Origin: Deferribacterales bacterium
Lineage (GTDB): Bacteria > Chrysiogenota > Deferribacteres > Deferribacterales > Geovibrionaceae
Length of the DNA stretch: 64,000 nucleotides
Assembly: GCA_050253075.1 (NCBI GenBank)
Contig: JBFWJS010000003.1
Location: forward strand, 149,458-213,457
Reading direction: 5' to 3'
Positions 30,096-40,210 of this stretch are shown one piece after another. Position 1 is the stretch's first letter; every line of letters starts with the position of its first letter. The notes under the pieces were generated by a model, which had not been told where the DNA came from, did not search any database, and worked only from the letters and a program-made list of their open reading frames with translations. The translations under genes and the position numbers were made by a program.

Positions 30096-30124
30096 TTGAC
30101 ATGACGGAGTTGTTAGTGTAATTT
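30096..30124 (+). promoter_or_regulatory. sigma70 promoter for tRNA-Leu with upstream A-tracts
   Basis: TTGACA-N17-TAATTT; A-tracts at 30064-30090. Confidence 0.6.
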
Positions 30125-30137
30125 CTCATTCTCGTTA

Positions 30138-30223
30138 GCCGAGGTGGTGGAATTGGTAGACACGCAGGACTAAGGATCCTGTGCGAGTCAAATCGTGTGC
30201 GAGTTCAAGTCTCGCTCTCGGCA
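30138..30223 (+). tRNA. tRNA-Leu(AAG)
   Basis: GCCGAGG/TCTCGGC-A acceptor, GGAATTGGTAGAC D-arm, anticodon arm CAGGA-CTAAGGA-TCCTG (AAG at 30172-30174), long variable arm, GAGTTCAAGTCTC. Confidence 0.93.
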
Positions 30224-30228
30224 TTAAG

Positions 30229-30257
30229 AAAAGCTCAGCGTAAAGCTGGGCTTTTTT
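30229..30257 (+). terminator. tRNA-Leu terminator
   Basis: AAAAGCTCAGC-GTAAA-GCTGGGCTTTTTT. Confidence 0.8.
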
Positions 30258-30474
30258 CGTTTGTGACAGAATAGATTTCGTCTACTAAGTCAGTGGCTAT
30301 TCAGCAACTACCTAAATGTACATAAACTAAATTTATCCAATACCGTCTTTACATTTAAGCGGCCTCTCTGATACCATACTCTTATCAAAGCCCAAAAGGC
30401 ATGCAGTTCTATTTTGAATATACATACGAAGATCAAGACCTATTATAAAAGGTCGGGACAAAAGCGGTAATTTA

Positions 30475-31731
30475 ATGACAGTTTATGATGTTGTTGTGAT
30501 AGGTGGAGGCCCTGCCGGTCTTATGGCGGCCGGGACTGCGTCTGAGAATGGTGCAAAAGTTCTGTTAATCGAAAAGATGGGTTCTGTCGGTCGCAAACTG
30601 CTTATCAGTGGCAAAGGGCGATGTAACATCACAAACACCATAACTAATACCAAAGAATTCGTAACGCACTTCGGTAAAACCGGAAAATTTTTATATCAAG
30701 CCTTTAACGCCTTCTCTTCCGCTGATACTATAAACTTTTTCAACAAAAGAGGTATGGTTACTAAGGTCGATAAGGGCTTTAAGGTATTTCCCATGTCAGA
30801 CCTAGCAGAAGAAGTACTATCAATTCTTACCAGATATCTGAAAGAGCACAAGGTTGAGATACGCCAAGGTGTAATAATCCATAAGATCAATACTACAGAT
30901 GATAGAATAACCTCTATATCAACCGCAACCGGAGATATCTTGTGCAAGTCAGTGATACTTGCCACCGGTGGTAAATCATACCCTAAGACAGGTTCTGCAG
31001 GGGATGGTTACAATTATGCGAAGAAGCTTGGGCATAATATAATAGAGCCAAAACCAGCACTTGTTCCTGTTATCGTCAAAGAAAGCTGGGTAAAAATACT
31101 TCAAGGGATGAGTCCAAGAGGAGCTCGTTTTTCCATATATCATGGTGGTAAAAAGATTGCTGATGATCTAAACGATGCAGTATTTACAGATAATGGGTTA
31201 TCGGGTCCCGCGATATATAACCTGACAAGGGTAATTGATATTACTCAGGCGGGTTTACAGCTCTCCATTGATTTTAGACCAGATATTGAGCATCACTTGC
31301 TGGACAAAGAGATAGCTGAATATATAAATGAAAATAGCCGGAAAAAGCTAAAAAATATGCTGGACAAATACTTTCAACCAAAGCTTTTGGCACTTGCGAT
31401 AGAGCAAACCGGCATTAACCCGGAAATGCGGTCATGTGACCTGAAAAAAGAAGATAGAAAAAAACTAATCAATATCCTCAAAAATCTACGCTTAAATATT
31501 GAAAAATTTGCAGGCTTCGAACGTGCAGTTGTCACAGCAGGCGGAATAGACCTTAAAGAAATCGACGGTAAGACCATGAAATCAAAGATCATAGATAATT
31601 TATATTTCGCAGGTGAAATCATCAACCTAGACGGTCCGACAGGTGGCTTTAATCTTCAGCTGTGCTGGAGTACAGGTAGGCTCGCCGGTAAGTCGTCCAG
31701 CATGATATATCATCATTGCGATAGGAATTAA
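30475..31731 (+). CDS. HI0933/BaiN/YhiN family flavoprotein
   Basis: GGGPAG, GRKLLISGKGRCNITN, ATGGKSYP, VTAGG, GPTGGFNLQ. Confidence 0.92.
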   Translation: MTVYDVVVIGGGPAGLMAAGTASENGAKVLLIEKMGSVGRKLLISGKGRCNITNTITNTKEFVTHFGKTGKFLYQAFNAFSSADTINFFNKRGMVTKVDKGFKVFPMSDLAEEVLSILTRYLKEHKVEIRQGVIIHKINTTDDRITSISTATGDILCKSVILATGGKSYPKTGSAGDGYNYAKKLGHNIIEPKPALVPVIVKESWVKILQGMSPRGARFSIYHGGKKIADDLNDAVFTDNGLSGPAIYNLTRVIDITQAGLQLSIDFRPDIEHHLLDKEIAEYINENSRKKLKNMLDKYFQPKLLALAIEQTGINPEMRSCDLKKEDRKKLINILKNLRLNIEKFAGFERAVVTAGGIDLKEIDGKTMKSKIIDNLYFAGEIINLDGPTGGFNLQLCWSTGRLAGKSSSMIYHHCDRN

Positions 31732-31758
31732 TACACCTGCCTCAGAATAGCAAAATGA

Positions 31759-31983
31759 CTACTTTTTAAAACGGGTGATAAGGTAAAGATCTTCTACCTT
31801 TGTCCTTGCCCATGGTGTTTTTCTTAAGAACTTCAGGCTTGATTTGATACTTGGATTGTCTGTAAAACATTTAATTTTAATCTTTCCGGCCAACCTTTCC
31901 CACCCGTAATGCTCGTATAATTTTGTAATAATTGTTTCGAGTGTAATACCGTGAAGCGGGTCGCCTGATTTAATTTCGCTCAT
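31759..31983 (-). CDS. VF530/DUF2132 family small DNA-binding protein
   Basis: PLHGITLE...YGWE...[23 protein letters not shown]. Confidence 0.92.
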   Translation of the reverse strand: MSEIKSGDPLHGITLETIITKLYEHYGWERLAGKIKIKCFTDNPSIKSSLKFLRKTPWARTKVEDLYLITRFKK

Positions 31984-32201
31984 TATATCTCCAGTCATGT
32001 TGAATCGCCTCTAGTCTTATATATACTTTTGAGAATGAAAGCTAGGTGAGTTTCTTCTGACAGGATTCTGACAGATTGGGTGAAATAGCATTTAGAGTTA
32101 AGTGATTATTGTCATTCACTTTAGCTCCCTATACTTCCCGCTGATTTCTATATGAATTAGAGTTCAAGGATGCCGAAACAAGTTCGCCATTTCGGGGAAA
32201 A

Positions 32202-32249
32202 CTCGCTCTCGGCATTAAGGAAAGCCCAGGGTAAAACTGGGCTTTTTTT
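32202..32249 (+). repeat. duplicate of tRNA-Leu 3' end plus terminator (att-like, copy 2)
   Basis: CTCGCTCTCGGCATTAAG identical to 30211-30228, followed by a similar hairpin. Confidence 0.85.
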
Positions 32250-32276
32250 GTCTCTGCGGTTCTTTGGTTTGGAAAG

Positions 32277-32945
32277 TTACTTCTTTGGCTCTGCTATGGG
32301 TTCCTGCTTTATCCCTGTGAGCATAGAGCCGACCATGCCGAAGATGTATGATGCGTATGCATGGATGACCGCATAAACCACCATTATCATCGATACTGAT
32401 ATGTGAAGAAATCTCGTTGCGGCGGCAGGGTTGTCAAACCCGCTGAAGATCGCCTGACTAAATCTGTTTACGATGCTGAAATCTGCCGGAAATATCAGCC
32501 CCAGACCTGTCAGTACCATTATCATCCAAAGGGTAAGCCAACCCCACCAAGCAAGTACTTCCGTTAAGACTATCTTTTCCTCATACTTATTCTTTTCAAT
32601 ATTATACCTGACGGGGCTCTCTAGTTTTTTGCCCTCTACGATGCACTTTATCTCGTGCATGAAAAAGTCGAATCCTTTGCCAATGCGGGAAAGCCCGAAC
32701 CATTTGTATTCACCGCTAACGACGAAATAATATAGGAAGAACGTTATGGTTCCCGTCCATGCCATGGATATGACTATGTGCAGGCTTCTCGCAACGCCTC
32801 TGCTGAGGATAGGCAGCTTAAGGTATTCGCTGACCGCCATGCCTGAGATAACAAGCATGAGTACCTCTGCGACGATCGCCCAGTGCAGTATTCTGTATGT
32901 AAGGCTGTGTCTTTTAACGCTTATGGTATTAGTCGTTGTCTTCAT
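32277..32945 (-). CDS. di-heme cytochrome b membrane anchor (FdnI/HupC-like)
   Basis: RHS..YRILHW, SLH, RFLH...IHAY; four TM helices. Confidence 0.85.
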   Translation of the reverse strand: MKTTTNTISVKRHSLTYRILHWAIVAEVLMLVISGMAVSEYLKLPILSRGVARSLHIVISMAWTGTITFFLYYFVVSGEYKWFGLSRIGKGFDFFMHEIKCIVEGKKLESPVRYNIEKNKYEEKIVLTEVLAWWGWLTLWMIMVLTGLGLIFPADFSIVNRFSQAIFSGFDNPAAATRFLHISVSMIMVVYAVIHAYASYIFGMVGSMLTGIKQEPIAEPKK

Positions 32946-33978
32946 GGTCTTTTCCTTTCTTGGCTCGCTTGTTTACGGCGTGAACGCCTATGCCGGAGAT
33001 GGTTCCGACGACTGCTGCCCCTGCCCAAGTGTTCACCTTTGTGCCGAAGGCTGTCTGAAGTCTGTTTTCGCCTTTATGCGGGTCCATCTTTTTGTCATGT
33101 TTGTCGTCGTGACAGCTTCCGCATTCCATAGATCCTCTGGTGAACTGTCCTGACTCGTATTTGTCGCCTTTGGAGTGGCATGTTTTACATCCTGCAGTAT
33201 CATGTGAGAGGTGCATAGGGAAAGCGGTGTGGAGCTCGCCTTTGACGTGGGCGTTCATTAGCTTCACTGCCATGGCTGCTATGTCGCCTGTCACTCTGGC
33301 ACATCTTTCCGATCTTTCTTTCGCACCGCTGGCATAGCCTGATTTTTCGCACCACTTGCCCACACTTACATGGCAGAGGACAGAGCTGCTGCATGACTGT
33401 GGCAGAGCATTTGCGCTCTTGTATTTAGGCGGGAAGAACTCGCCCGAGGATGCGTACGTATTTGATTCGTTCGTGGGGAAAGACTCAGTTTCGTAATATC
33501 TTAAAAGTCTGGGGACAATCTCGTCGACCACATTCATCGGCAGCATGTATGTCATGGCAGAAGCAGCCCCGTTTGGTGCACCGCAAAGTGTTCCGTATCC
33601 TGCGACACCGCCTGCGGCATACTGCATGGGTATCTGCATGTGTTTTTTGCTCCCTGTTTCGAGGTGTTCCATAAAGTCCTCTTTGCTGTAGCTGGGGATA
33701 AGGGTAAATGGATATCCAGTCTTTTCACGCATGGCTGTTATGATAGCCCAGAAGGCGCCGCCGCCGCACTCCTCGAGATAATATCCGAGATGACCGAGTT
33801 TCCTCACGTATTCAGGATCCAGCTCCTGATAACCCCATGGGAGTATAGGCGTCTCCTGTTGTTCTGCGGGGGTTTCTGCCGCTAATGCGCTCTTCATTGT
33901 TGCGGTACTGCATAAAGCCATTCCTGAAACGGCCACTGCACCCTTGATAAAATTTCTCCTGTTTAATGTCCTCATCAC
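32929..33978 (-). CDS. Tat-exported split-Soret cytochrome c / C_GCAxxG_C_C family protein with C-terminal TM
   Basis: NRRNFIK Tat motif, ECGGG, TLCGA, LCH, ERCA, CKTCH and CGSCH heme motifs. Confidence 0.8.
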   Translation of the reverse strand: MMRTLNRRNFIKGAVAVSGMALCSTATMKSALAAETPAEQQETPILPWGYQELDPEYVRKLGHLGYYLEECGGGAFWAIITAMREKTGYPFTLIPSYSKEDFMEHLETGSKKHMQIPMQYAAGGVAGYGTLCGAPNGAASAMTYMLPMNVVDEIVPRLLRYYETESFPTNESNTYASSGEFFPPKYKSANALPQSCSSSVLCHVSVGKWCEKSGYASGAKERSERCARVTGDIAAMAVKLMNAHVKGELHTAFPMHLSHDTAGCKTCHSKGDKYESGQFTRGSMECGSCHDDKHDKKMDPHKGENRLQTAFGTKVNTWAGAAVVGTISGIGVHAVNKRAKKGKDHEDND

Positions 33979-34260
33979 TCACCTCCATAAAATGTTGCTT
34001 TGTTGAGTTTTACTGTATGTATATTAATTTTATTTATATATAAAAAAGCTGGTTTGGGTTTTAAAAAAGCGAATGCTTAGGCAAGTCGGAATATCTATAG
34101 TAATATATTGTTTACAATATATTTATGGCTAAGTTATTCCGGCTTTAACTTTGCATTATTTCTTATGTATACAAAACTAAGGTTGTATAATAAGACAATA
34201 GTCACTATATTTTCTTATGTAAAATCAATAATAATTGAATAATATATAAGGAAAATTTAT

Positions 34261-35139
34261 ATGAATATAACGATAAGGCAGGTAGAGGTGTTTTATTACA
34301 CCGCAAAGCTGGGGAGCATATCACTTACGGCTGAAAAGCTGTGCATAACCCAAGCCGCTGCCAGTATGGCTTTGAAAGGGTTTGAGGAGCAACTGGGTGA
34401 GAAGCTCTTTGACAGGGTCGGCAAGAAACTAGTGCTGAACGGTAAGGGGGATGCGATACTTCATGCCTCTTCGGAACTGATATCAAAAGCCGGTGAAATT
34501 TCTAATTTTTTCTCTGATAAGTCATCATTGTACGGGCATCTGGCCATAGGAACTATCCCGTCTATCGCTAATTATGTTCTGCCTGAGTATATCTCCGCCT
34601 TTGTGGATGAAAATCCGAAGAGCAGTGTCCATATGAATATAGGCAACAGTGATTACGTTATAGATAAACTGCTTAAACATGAGATAGATATAGGGGTGAT
34701 AGAAAAGCCTTACAGGCACCCGCAGATAGAAGTTGTCCAGTGGAAAGAGGATGAGCTGTCCATATTCACATCTGCTTCTCACTCTTTAACTAAAAAGGAG
34801 AGGGTCGAGCCTTCTGATCTGGAGGAATTCGGCTGGGTGATGAGAGAGATAGGCGCAGGCTCCAGAAGGGTTTTGGAGAGCGAACTGAAAGAACACTCTA
34901 TTAAAATACAGATAACGATGGAGCTGACTCTAACCGAGGCGATAAAAAACTATGTCGCCAGCGGGCGAGGCATTGGCTGCCTGTCTAAATATGTTCTCGG
35001 AGATATGGAAAAACTGGGCAAGATAAAAACACTTTCGACCCCGTTTCTTAATCTTAAGCGCAGTTTTTACGTTATTCTGCATAAGGATAGATTCAGAACG
35101 AGGCTTCTGGAGGAGTTTACGAACCTGCTGCGGCTTTGA
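34261..35139 (+). CDS. LysR family regulator (CysL/YeiE-like)
   Basis: N-terminal HTH (TQAAAS...LFDR), REIGAGSR, TEAIK. Confidence 0.92.
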   Translation: MNITIRQVEVFYYTAKLGSISLTAEKLCITQAAASMALKGFEEQLGEKLFDRVGKKLVLNGKGDAILHASSELISKAGEISNFFSDKSSLYGHLAIGTIPSIANYVLPEYISAFVDENPKSSVHMNIGNSDYVIDKLLKHEIDIGVIEKPYRHPQIEVVQWKEDELSIFTSASHSLTKKERVEPSDLEEFGWVMREIGAGSRRVLESELKEHSIKIQITMELTLTEAIKNYVASGRGIGCLSKYVLGDMEKLGKIKTLSTPFLNLKRSFYVILHKDRFRTRLLEEFTNLLRL

Positions 35140-35228
35140 TGATTAGTTAAGCACCGGTGTCCACTTCATTGGAAAACCATGAGAGAAGCAATTATAATAG
35201 ATCATTAGTTATTACAGGGAGTTGATTT

Positions 35229-36443
35229 ATGTCTGAATGGCTTGGCAAGAACGATCCGCATATGGAAAACCTTCGCTTATACTGCGAAGGGATACTGGAA
35301 GATGAAGACCTCGGCGCTCTTTATGCTGAATATGAGAGCGACATAAAATCTGTCAGATACGACGAAGTTATGGCGTTGGTTGACTGGATGGTTACCTGTG
35401 AGAAATATGATATGGAAACTATCAAAGGAGCTCTTAACAGGATAATCAACATATTTTCCAATCAGTTAGATGATGATGTCTTTAACCTCTGCAGGAATGT
35501 TCCGCAGTTTATATCTATAATGACAGACGAGAACGCAGCGATAACCGAGCATATGGAATCTATCAAAGAGCAGCTTCAGCTTTTCAGCAAGGCGGAAGAG
35601 GGCTCGCAGGAATTCGACAGATACAGACGTGCTATCAAAAAGAAGATCGAAGAGCTCGCAGAGATAGAAAAGCACTATGTAAAGAAGGAGAATATCCTTT
35701 TTCCTTATGTTGAGAAATACATCCCAGAGTATAGATGTGTTAATGTGATGTGGTCTATCCACGATGATGTACGTAAAGGGATGAAGTCGCTTCTGACGGT
35801 TTTGGATGCTGATAAATATGACGGCATCAGGTTTAACAGAGTGGTCGGTAAGCTGTTTTTTGATATTTACGGGCTGATCTTTAGGGAAGACTACATTCTG
35901 CTCCCTATGGCTGCCTTGAAGATACCTGAAAATGTTTTTCCCGAGATGGCGGGACAATGCCCTGAGGAGGGGTACAGCTTTATAGATACCCCTGAGGTGG
36001 AGAGCATTAAAGCAGAAGAGCCGAAACTGCCCGAAGGGATGATAAATATGGAGACGGGTTCTCTCACAGTCGGCGAGCTTATGACTATGCTGAACACTCT
36101 GCCTGTGGACATCACATATGTTGATGCAGACGATAAGGTAAGGTATTTTTCCTCGCCTAATGAGCGTATATTTCCACGCTCAAAGGCCATCATCGGCCGA
36201 AGCGTGCAGAACTGTCATCCGCCGGAGAGCGTGCATATCGTGAATGAGGTCGTGGAAAGGCTGAAATCCGGCAAGCGTGATGTGGAATCATTCTGGATAC
36301 AGATGATGGGTAAGTTCATACTGATACAGTATTTTGCACTCCGAGACGGCGAAGGGGAGTACATCGGCACAATAGAGGTCAGTCAGGACATCACAGAGCT
36401 TCGCTCGCTTTCAGGCGAAAAGAGGCTTCTGGATTATCAATAG
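35229..36443 (+). CDS. DUF438/hemerythrin + PAS domain protein
   Basis: HYVKKENILFP, VMWSIHDDVR, LPVDITYVD, IIGRSVQNCHPP. Confidence 0.9.
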   Translation: MSEWLGKNDPHMENLRLYCEGILEDEDLGALYAEYESDIKSVRYDEVMALVDWMVTCEKYDMETIKGALNRIINIFSNQLDDDVFNLCRNVPQFISIMTDENAAITEHMESIKEQLQLFSKAEEGSQEFDRYRRAIKKKIEELAEIEKHYVKKENILFPYVEKYIPEYRCVNVMWSIHDDVRKGMKSLLTVLDADKYDGIRFNRVVGKLFFDIYGLIFREDYILLPMAALKIPENVFPEMAGQCPEEGYSFIDTPEVESIKAEEPKLPEGMINMETGSLTVGELMTMLNTLPVDITYVDADDKVRYFSSPNERIFPRSKAIIGRSVQNCHPPESVHIVNEVVERLKSGKRDVESFWIQMMGKFILIQYFALRDGEGEYIGTIEVSQDITELRSLSGEKRLLDYQ

Positions 36444-36490
36444 ATTTATAAACGGTATAGCCGGCTTTAAAAGTGCCGGCTATGCTTGTT

Positions 36491-36862
36491 TTATTTTACT
36501 TTTTTCGCCGTGACATCACGCACAATAGAGCTGAAGCCCGCTCTTTTGCCGTTTTCGTGTATCACCTGTATAGAGAATTCTATGATGAGCTTATGCCCGT
36601 CTTTAGAGACAGCAGGCACAGAGAGCATTTTGTCTGCATATCCGCTTTCGCCTGTTTCGATAACCCTGTCAAATCCTGTCCAGTGTTTTGCCCTGTGTCT
36701 TTCGGGGATGATAAGGTCTAGATTCTGCCCCAGAGCCTCGCTTTCGGAGAATCCGAAGATCTTTTCACAGCCGATATTCCAGTATCTGATGATTCCGTCA
36801 GCCGAAACATACATTATACCGTCGTGGGCTGTCTCTGCCATTTCTTTTAAAAAATCAGTCAT
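36491..36862 (-). CDS. stand-alone PAS domain protein
   Basis: IRYWNIGCEKIFGF..EALGQNLDLIIPE. Confidence 0.88.
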   Translation of the reverse strand: MTDFLKEMAETAHDGIMYVSADGIIRYWNIGCEKIFGFSESEALGQNLDLIIPERHRAKHWTGFDRVIETGESGYADKMLSVPAVSKDGHKLIIEFSIQVIHENGKRAGFSSIVRDVTAKKVK

Positions 36863-37088
36863 TTCAGCACCCCTTATGATTCTTATAATAAAATAACCCG
36901 CCTTTTGAATATGTAAATTGATTCAGGTCAATAATCATCGATTGGGTAAAAAACGTTATTTCGGACATATTAATTTACATATTTAACGCAGATCAATTTT
37001 TTAAATCTAATAAATGTTAAAACTGATATGTCCCGATGCTGTGAGCATCTTATTTTCATTTAGCGGCTAATTATTTAAGGGGTGGAAT

Positions 37089-39068
37089 ATGAATATCAAA
37101 ACAAAACTTTATCTTGCTTTAGTAATACCTGTTATCGCTCTGATGATTTATTCAGTATCGGGCATAATGCGTAACTACAACACATACGACAATATGGTGC
37201 ACATTGTCAGCTATACGGATACGTCCGCTCTGGTCAGCAGGCTGGTGCATGAGACTCAGAAAGAGAGAGGAATGACGGCAGGGTTCATAGGCAGCGGCGG
37301 TTCGTCATTTTCATCCGAGCTCAAAAGGCAGAGGGAATTGACGGATAAGACAGCGTATGAATTCACATCATTTTTTGAAAGTCATAAGGCGAAGCTGTCG
37401 ACTGAGCTGCTGGAGCACATCGGCGTAGCCTTAAGATATATGGATCAGATGCCAGACATAAGGAGGCGGGTGGATTCTTTCTCCATACCTCTTTCGGATG
37501 CGATATCCTATTACTCCGGTCTTAACGGCGATTTCCTGTCTGTTATAGCGGATGCGGCACAGGCAGCGGATAATGCATCAGTATCGAGGAATTTGTTGGC
37601 ATATATGAGCTTTCTTTTGGCAAAAGAGAGGGCTGGTATCGAGAGGGCTGTCCTCGCGAATGTCTTTGCCAAAGACAGCTTTGGCAAAGGACTTTATGAA
37701 AAACTCATAAGGCTCATCGCAGAGCAGGATTCATATATGAGTTCTTTCGAGCTTTCCGCTTCGGAAGATATATTGAATATCTATAATACAGTGCTGTCCG
37801 ATCCTTCTTTTAAAGAGGTGGCAAAGTATCGTCAGACAGCCGTCGACGGGGCAGCTTCGGGCAATTTCGGCATCAGCTCCGATAAATGGTTTGCGACGAT
37901 AACGCAAAAGATAAATGCACTAAAAGAAGCAGACGATAAGATGAGCACGTCTATCATAGATCAGGCGAACCTGTCATTATCCTCTGCAAAGCGCAGTATG
38001 CTTATGAATATCTTCATCAGTGTTTTATCCATCATATCCCTTCTGGCTCTGCTTTATGTCATCAGAGATGCGGTGATATCCAACCTGCTCAGGTTGATAA
38101 GGCTGACGGCGAATCTCAATAGCGGTGACGCAAACCTTACACAGAGGATAGTTGTTAAAAATAAGGATGAGATAGGTGAGCTGGCGGAAAATATAAATAC
38201 TTTCATCGCCAGTATCGAGGACATCGTCGTGGATGTGAAGAATGTTTCGAACAACCTCGCATCGAGCAGTGCCGAATTTGCCGCCACAGCCGAAGAATTG
38301 TCCACCACTTTTTCAGAACAGACAGGTCAGGCAAATGATATGGCTTCCGCTATGGAGGAGATGAATGTCACGTCTAAATCCATAAATGAAAATACATATG
38401 AGGCAAATAACCTCACACTACAGGCTTTTGAGCTGACCCTTGAGGGGAGCGGAGAGCTCGCCAATGCAGTGAAGAAGATAAACAGCATTAAAAACTCCAC
38501 AGAGGAGCTTTCTATAGTGATAGCAAATCTTAATAACTCTTCGGGTGAGATAGGCGACATAGCGGGCTCCATAGCAGATATTGCAGACCAGACAAATCTG
38601 CTGGCGCTGAACGCCGCCATTGAGGCAGCCAGAGCAGGGGATGCAGGAAGGGGATTCGCCGTGGTGGCAGACGAGGTTAGAAAGCTCGCCGAAAAGACTC
38701 AGGAATCGACTAAAATGATCACCGAGATCATCGGTACTCTGGTCAACGAGTCTAAACAGGCGGATAAGAACATGTCTATGGCAAAGGTGAGTGTGGACGA
38801 AGGTGTAGAGGTCATCGAGCTTACCACTGTTATTTTCAATAAAATTAAAGATGCCGTTTCAAAGGTTAAAGAGGCAAATGACTTTGTCGGTGTCTCGATA
38901 TCCGAACAGGCAGATGCGATAGACGCAAGCAGCGAGAATATCCGCATGGTCTTTCAGGGGATCACCGAGAGCAACGTTGCTGTGGAGCAGATCAGCTTTA
39001 CCGTGAATGATCTGGAAAGTCAGGCGGTCAGCTTGAATAATATGATGAATAAATTCAGAACCAAATAG
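37089..39068 (+). CDS. methyl-accepting chemotaxis protein with NIT (nitrate/nitrite-sensing) domain
   Basis: [10 protein letters not shown] and [13 protein letters not shown] motifs, [21 protein letters not shown]. Confidence 0.92.
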   Translation: MNIKTKLYLALVIPVIALMIYSVSGIMRNYNTYDNMVHIVSYTDTSALVSRLVHETQKERGMTAGFIGSGGSSFSSELKRQRELTDKTAYEFTSFFESHKAKLSTELLEHIGVALRYMDQMPDIRRRVDSFSIPLSDAISYYSGLNGDFLSVIADAAQAADNASVSRNLLAYMSFLLAKERAGIERAVLANVFAKDSFGKGLYEKLIRLIAEQDSYMSSFELSASEDILNIYNTVLSDPSFKEVAKYRQTAVDGAASGNFGISSDKWFATITQKINALKEADDKMSTSIIDQANLSLSSAKRSMLMNIFISVLSIISLLALLYVIRDAVISNLLRLIRLTANLNSGDANLTQRIVVKNKDEIGELAENINTFIASIEDIVVDVKNVSNNLASSSAEFAATAEELSTTFSEQTGQANDMASAMEEMNVTSKSINENTYEANNLTLQAFELTLEGSGELANAVKKINSIKNSTEELSIVIANLNNSSGEIGDIAGSIADIADQTNLLALNAAIEAARAGDAGRGFAVVADEVRKLAEKTQESTKMITEIIGTLVNESKQADKNMSMAKVSVDEGVEVIELTTVIFNKIKDAVSKVKEANDFVGVSISEQADAIDASSENIRMVFQGITESNVAVEQISFTVNDLESQAVSLNNMMNKFRTK

Positions 39069-39071
39069 ACA

Positions 39072-39111
39072 CTCGGCATATAAGAAAAGCTCAGTGTAAA
39101 GCTGGGCTTTT
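39072..39111 (+). repeat. duplicate of tRNA-Leu 3' end plus terminator (att-like, copy 3)
   Basis: CTCGGCATATAAGAAAAGCTCAGTGTAAAGCTGGGCTTTT differs from 30217-30255 by one insertion and one substitution. Confidence 0.8.
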
Positions 39112-39123
39112 CTATCTTTTTGT

Positions 39124-40002
39124 TTATTCCGACTTAGAGTTCATTATCTCTGTGGGGCTCTCTCCGAAAAACTTTTTAAACTCTCGGCTGAATTGTGAAA
39201 CGCTCTCATAGCCGACCTTATGGGCGGCGATATAAACCTTCATCCTTTCATTTTTGATGAGTTCCTTCGCTTTATTCATGCGCACTTTCTTTATATACTG
39301 ACCAGGTGATTCGGATGTTATCTCTTTGAAAGCTCGGTGAAATGTCGAGAGGCTCATGTTTGCCGATTCTGCCAGATGTGTCACATCGTCTTTGATAGAG
39401 CAGTCTCTGTGTATCATCATCAGCGCCTTTGAAATACGTGCAAATTTACCGTCGTGGGCGGCGAGTGCATAGAGCGACTGAGCCTGACTGCCTCGGAGAG
39501 CTCTGTATATTATCTCCCGAACAAGTCCCGGGCCAAGTATGGACGCCTCTGTCTCAGACTTCAGGCATTTCAGCAGGCGTATAACAGTGTCGGACATTTC
39601 CATATCCATAGTGGCCGGGCCTACACCTTTCGGTATCTCGGCCACCGACAGGTCTCTTCCGGTGCTGTTCTGGCCGAGCAGTCCTATCAGCTCGTGCAGC
39701 ATGGGCATGTCTATGTCCACGTACAGCCCGAGGAAAGGCTTGTCAGGTTGGGCGAATGTCTCGCACTCGAAAGGTATGGGAAGCGATGTCACAAGGTAGT
39801 TCTGTGCGTCATACTGAAAGCTGCGCTCGCCGAGGTAGCCTATCTTCTGCCCCTGAGCCACGATGAATATCCCCGTGTTGTACAGCAGGGGAGACCTGCA
39901 TATATGGGTGCCGGATTTAAAAAAGCGCACACCATTCAGGTGGGATTTGTTGAACAGTTCGTTCAGGTTAAATTGTTCGAGCAGTTCTACCATCTGAGAC
40001 AT
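39124..40002 (-). CDS. AraC family regulator (YqhC-like)
   Basis: QGQK...YD...YL...PFECE N-domain; VGYESVSQFSREFKKFFG. Confidence 0.92.
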   Translation of the reverse strand: MSQMVELLEQFNLNELFNKSHLNGVRFFKSGTHICRSPLLYNTGIFIVAQGQKIGYLGERSFQYDAQNYLVTSLPIPFECETFAQPDKPFLGLYVDIDMPMLHELIGLLGQNSTGRDLSVAEIPKGVGPATMDMEMSDTVIRLLKCLKSETEASILGPGLVREIIYRALRGSQAQSLYALAAHDGKFARISKALMMIHRDCSIKDDVTHLAESANMSLSTFHRAFKEITSESPGQYIKKVRMNKAKELIKNERMKVYIAAHKVGYESVSQFSREFKKFFGESPTEIMNSKSE

Positions 40003-40210
40003 GCATTCACCTCTGTTATCGTCTGTGTTAATTTACTTGGCACAATATAGCATGAAAAAATGTAAAAATACTATTTAAAAATATCATTTTGACATGATTA
40101 AGCAAAGTTTAAGCAGGAATGGATATTCCATTCTCTTTTCGGTGTCTGTATAGTCCTTCAAACAAACGGACGTCCCCGGAAAATATGAACAGACAAAAAA
40201 GGAGAAAATA

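Noticed and set aside
37002..37029. sigma28 promoter for the MCP
   Set aside because: Poor match and wrong spacing.
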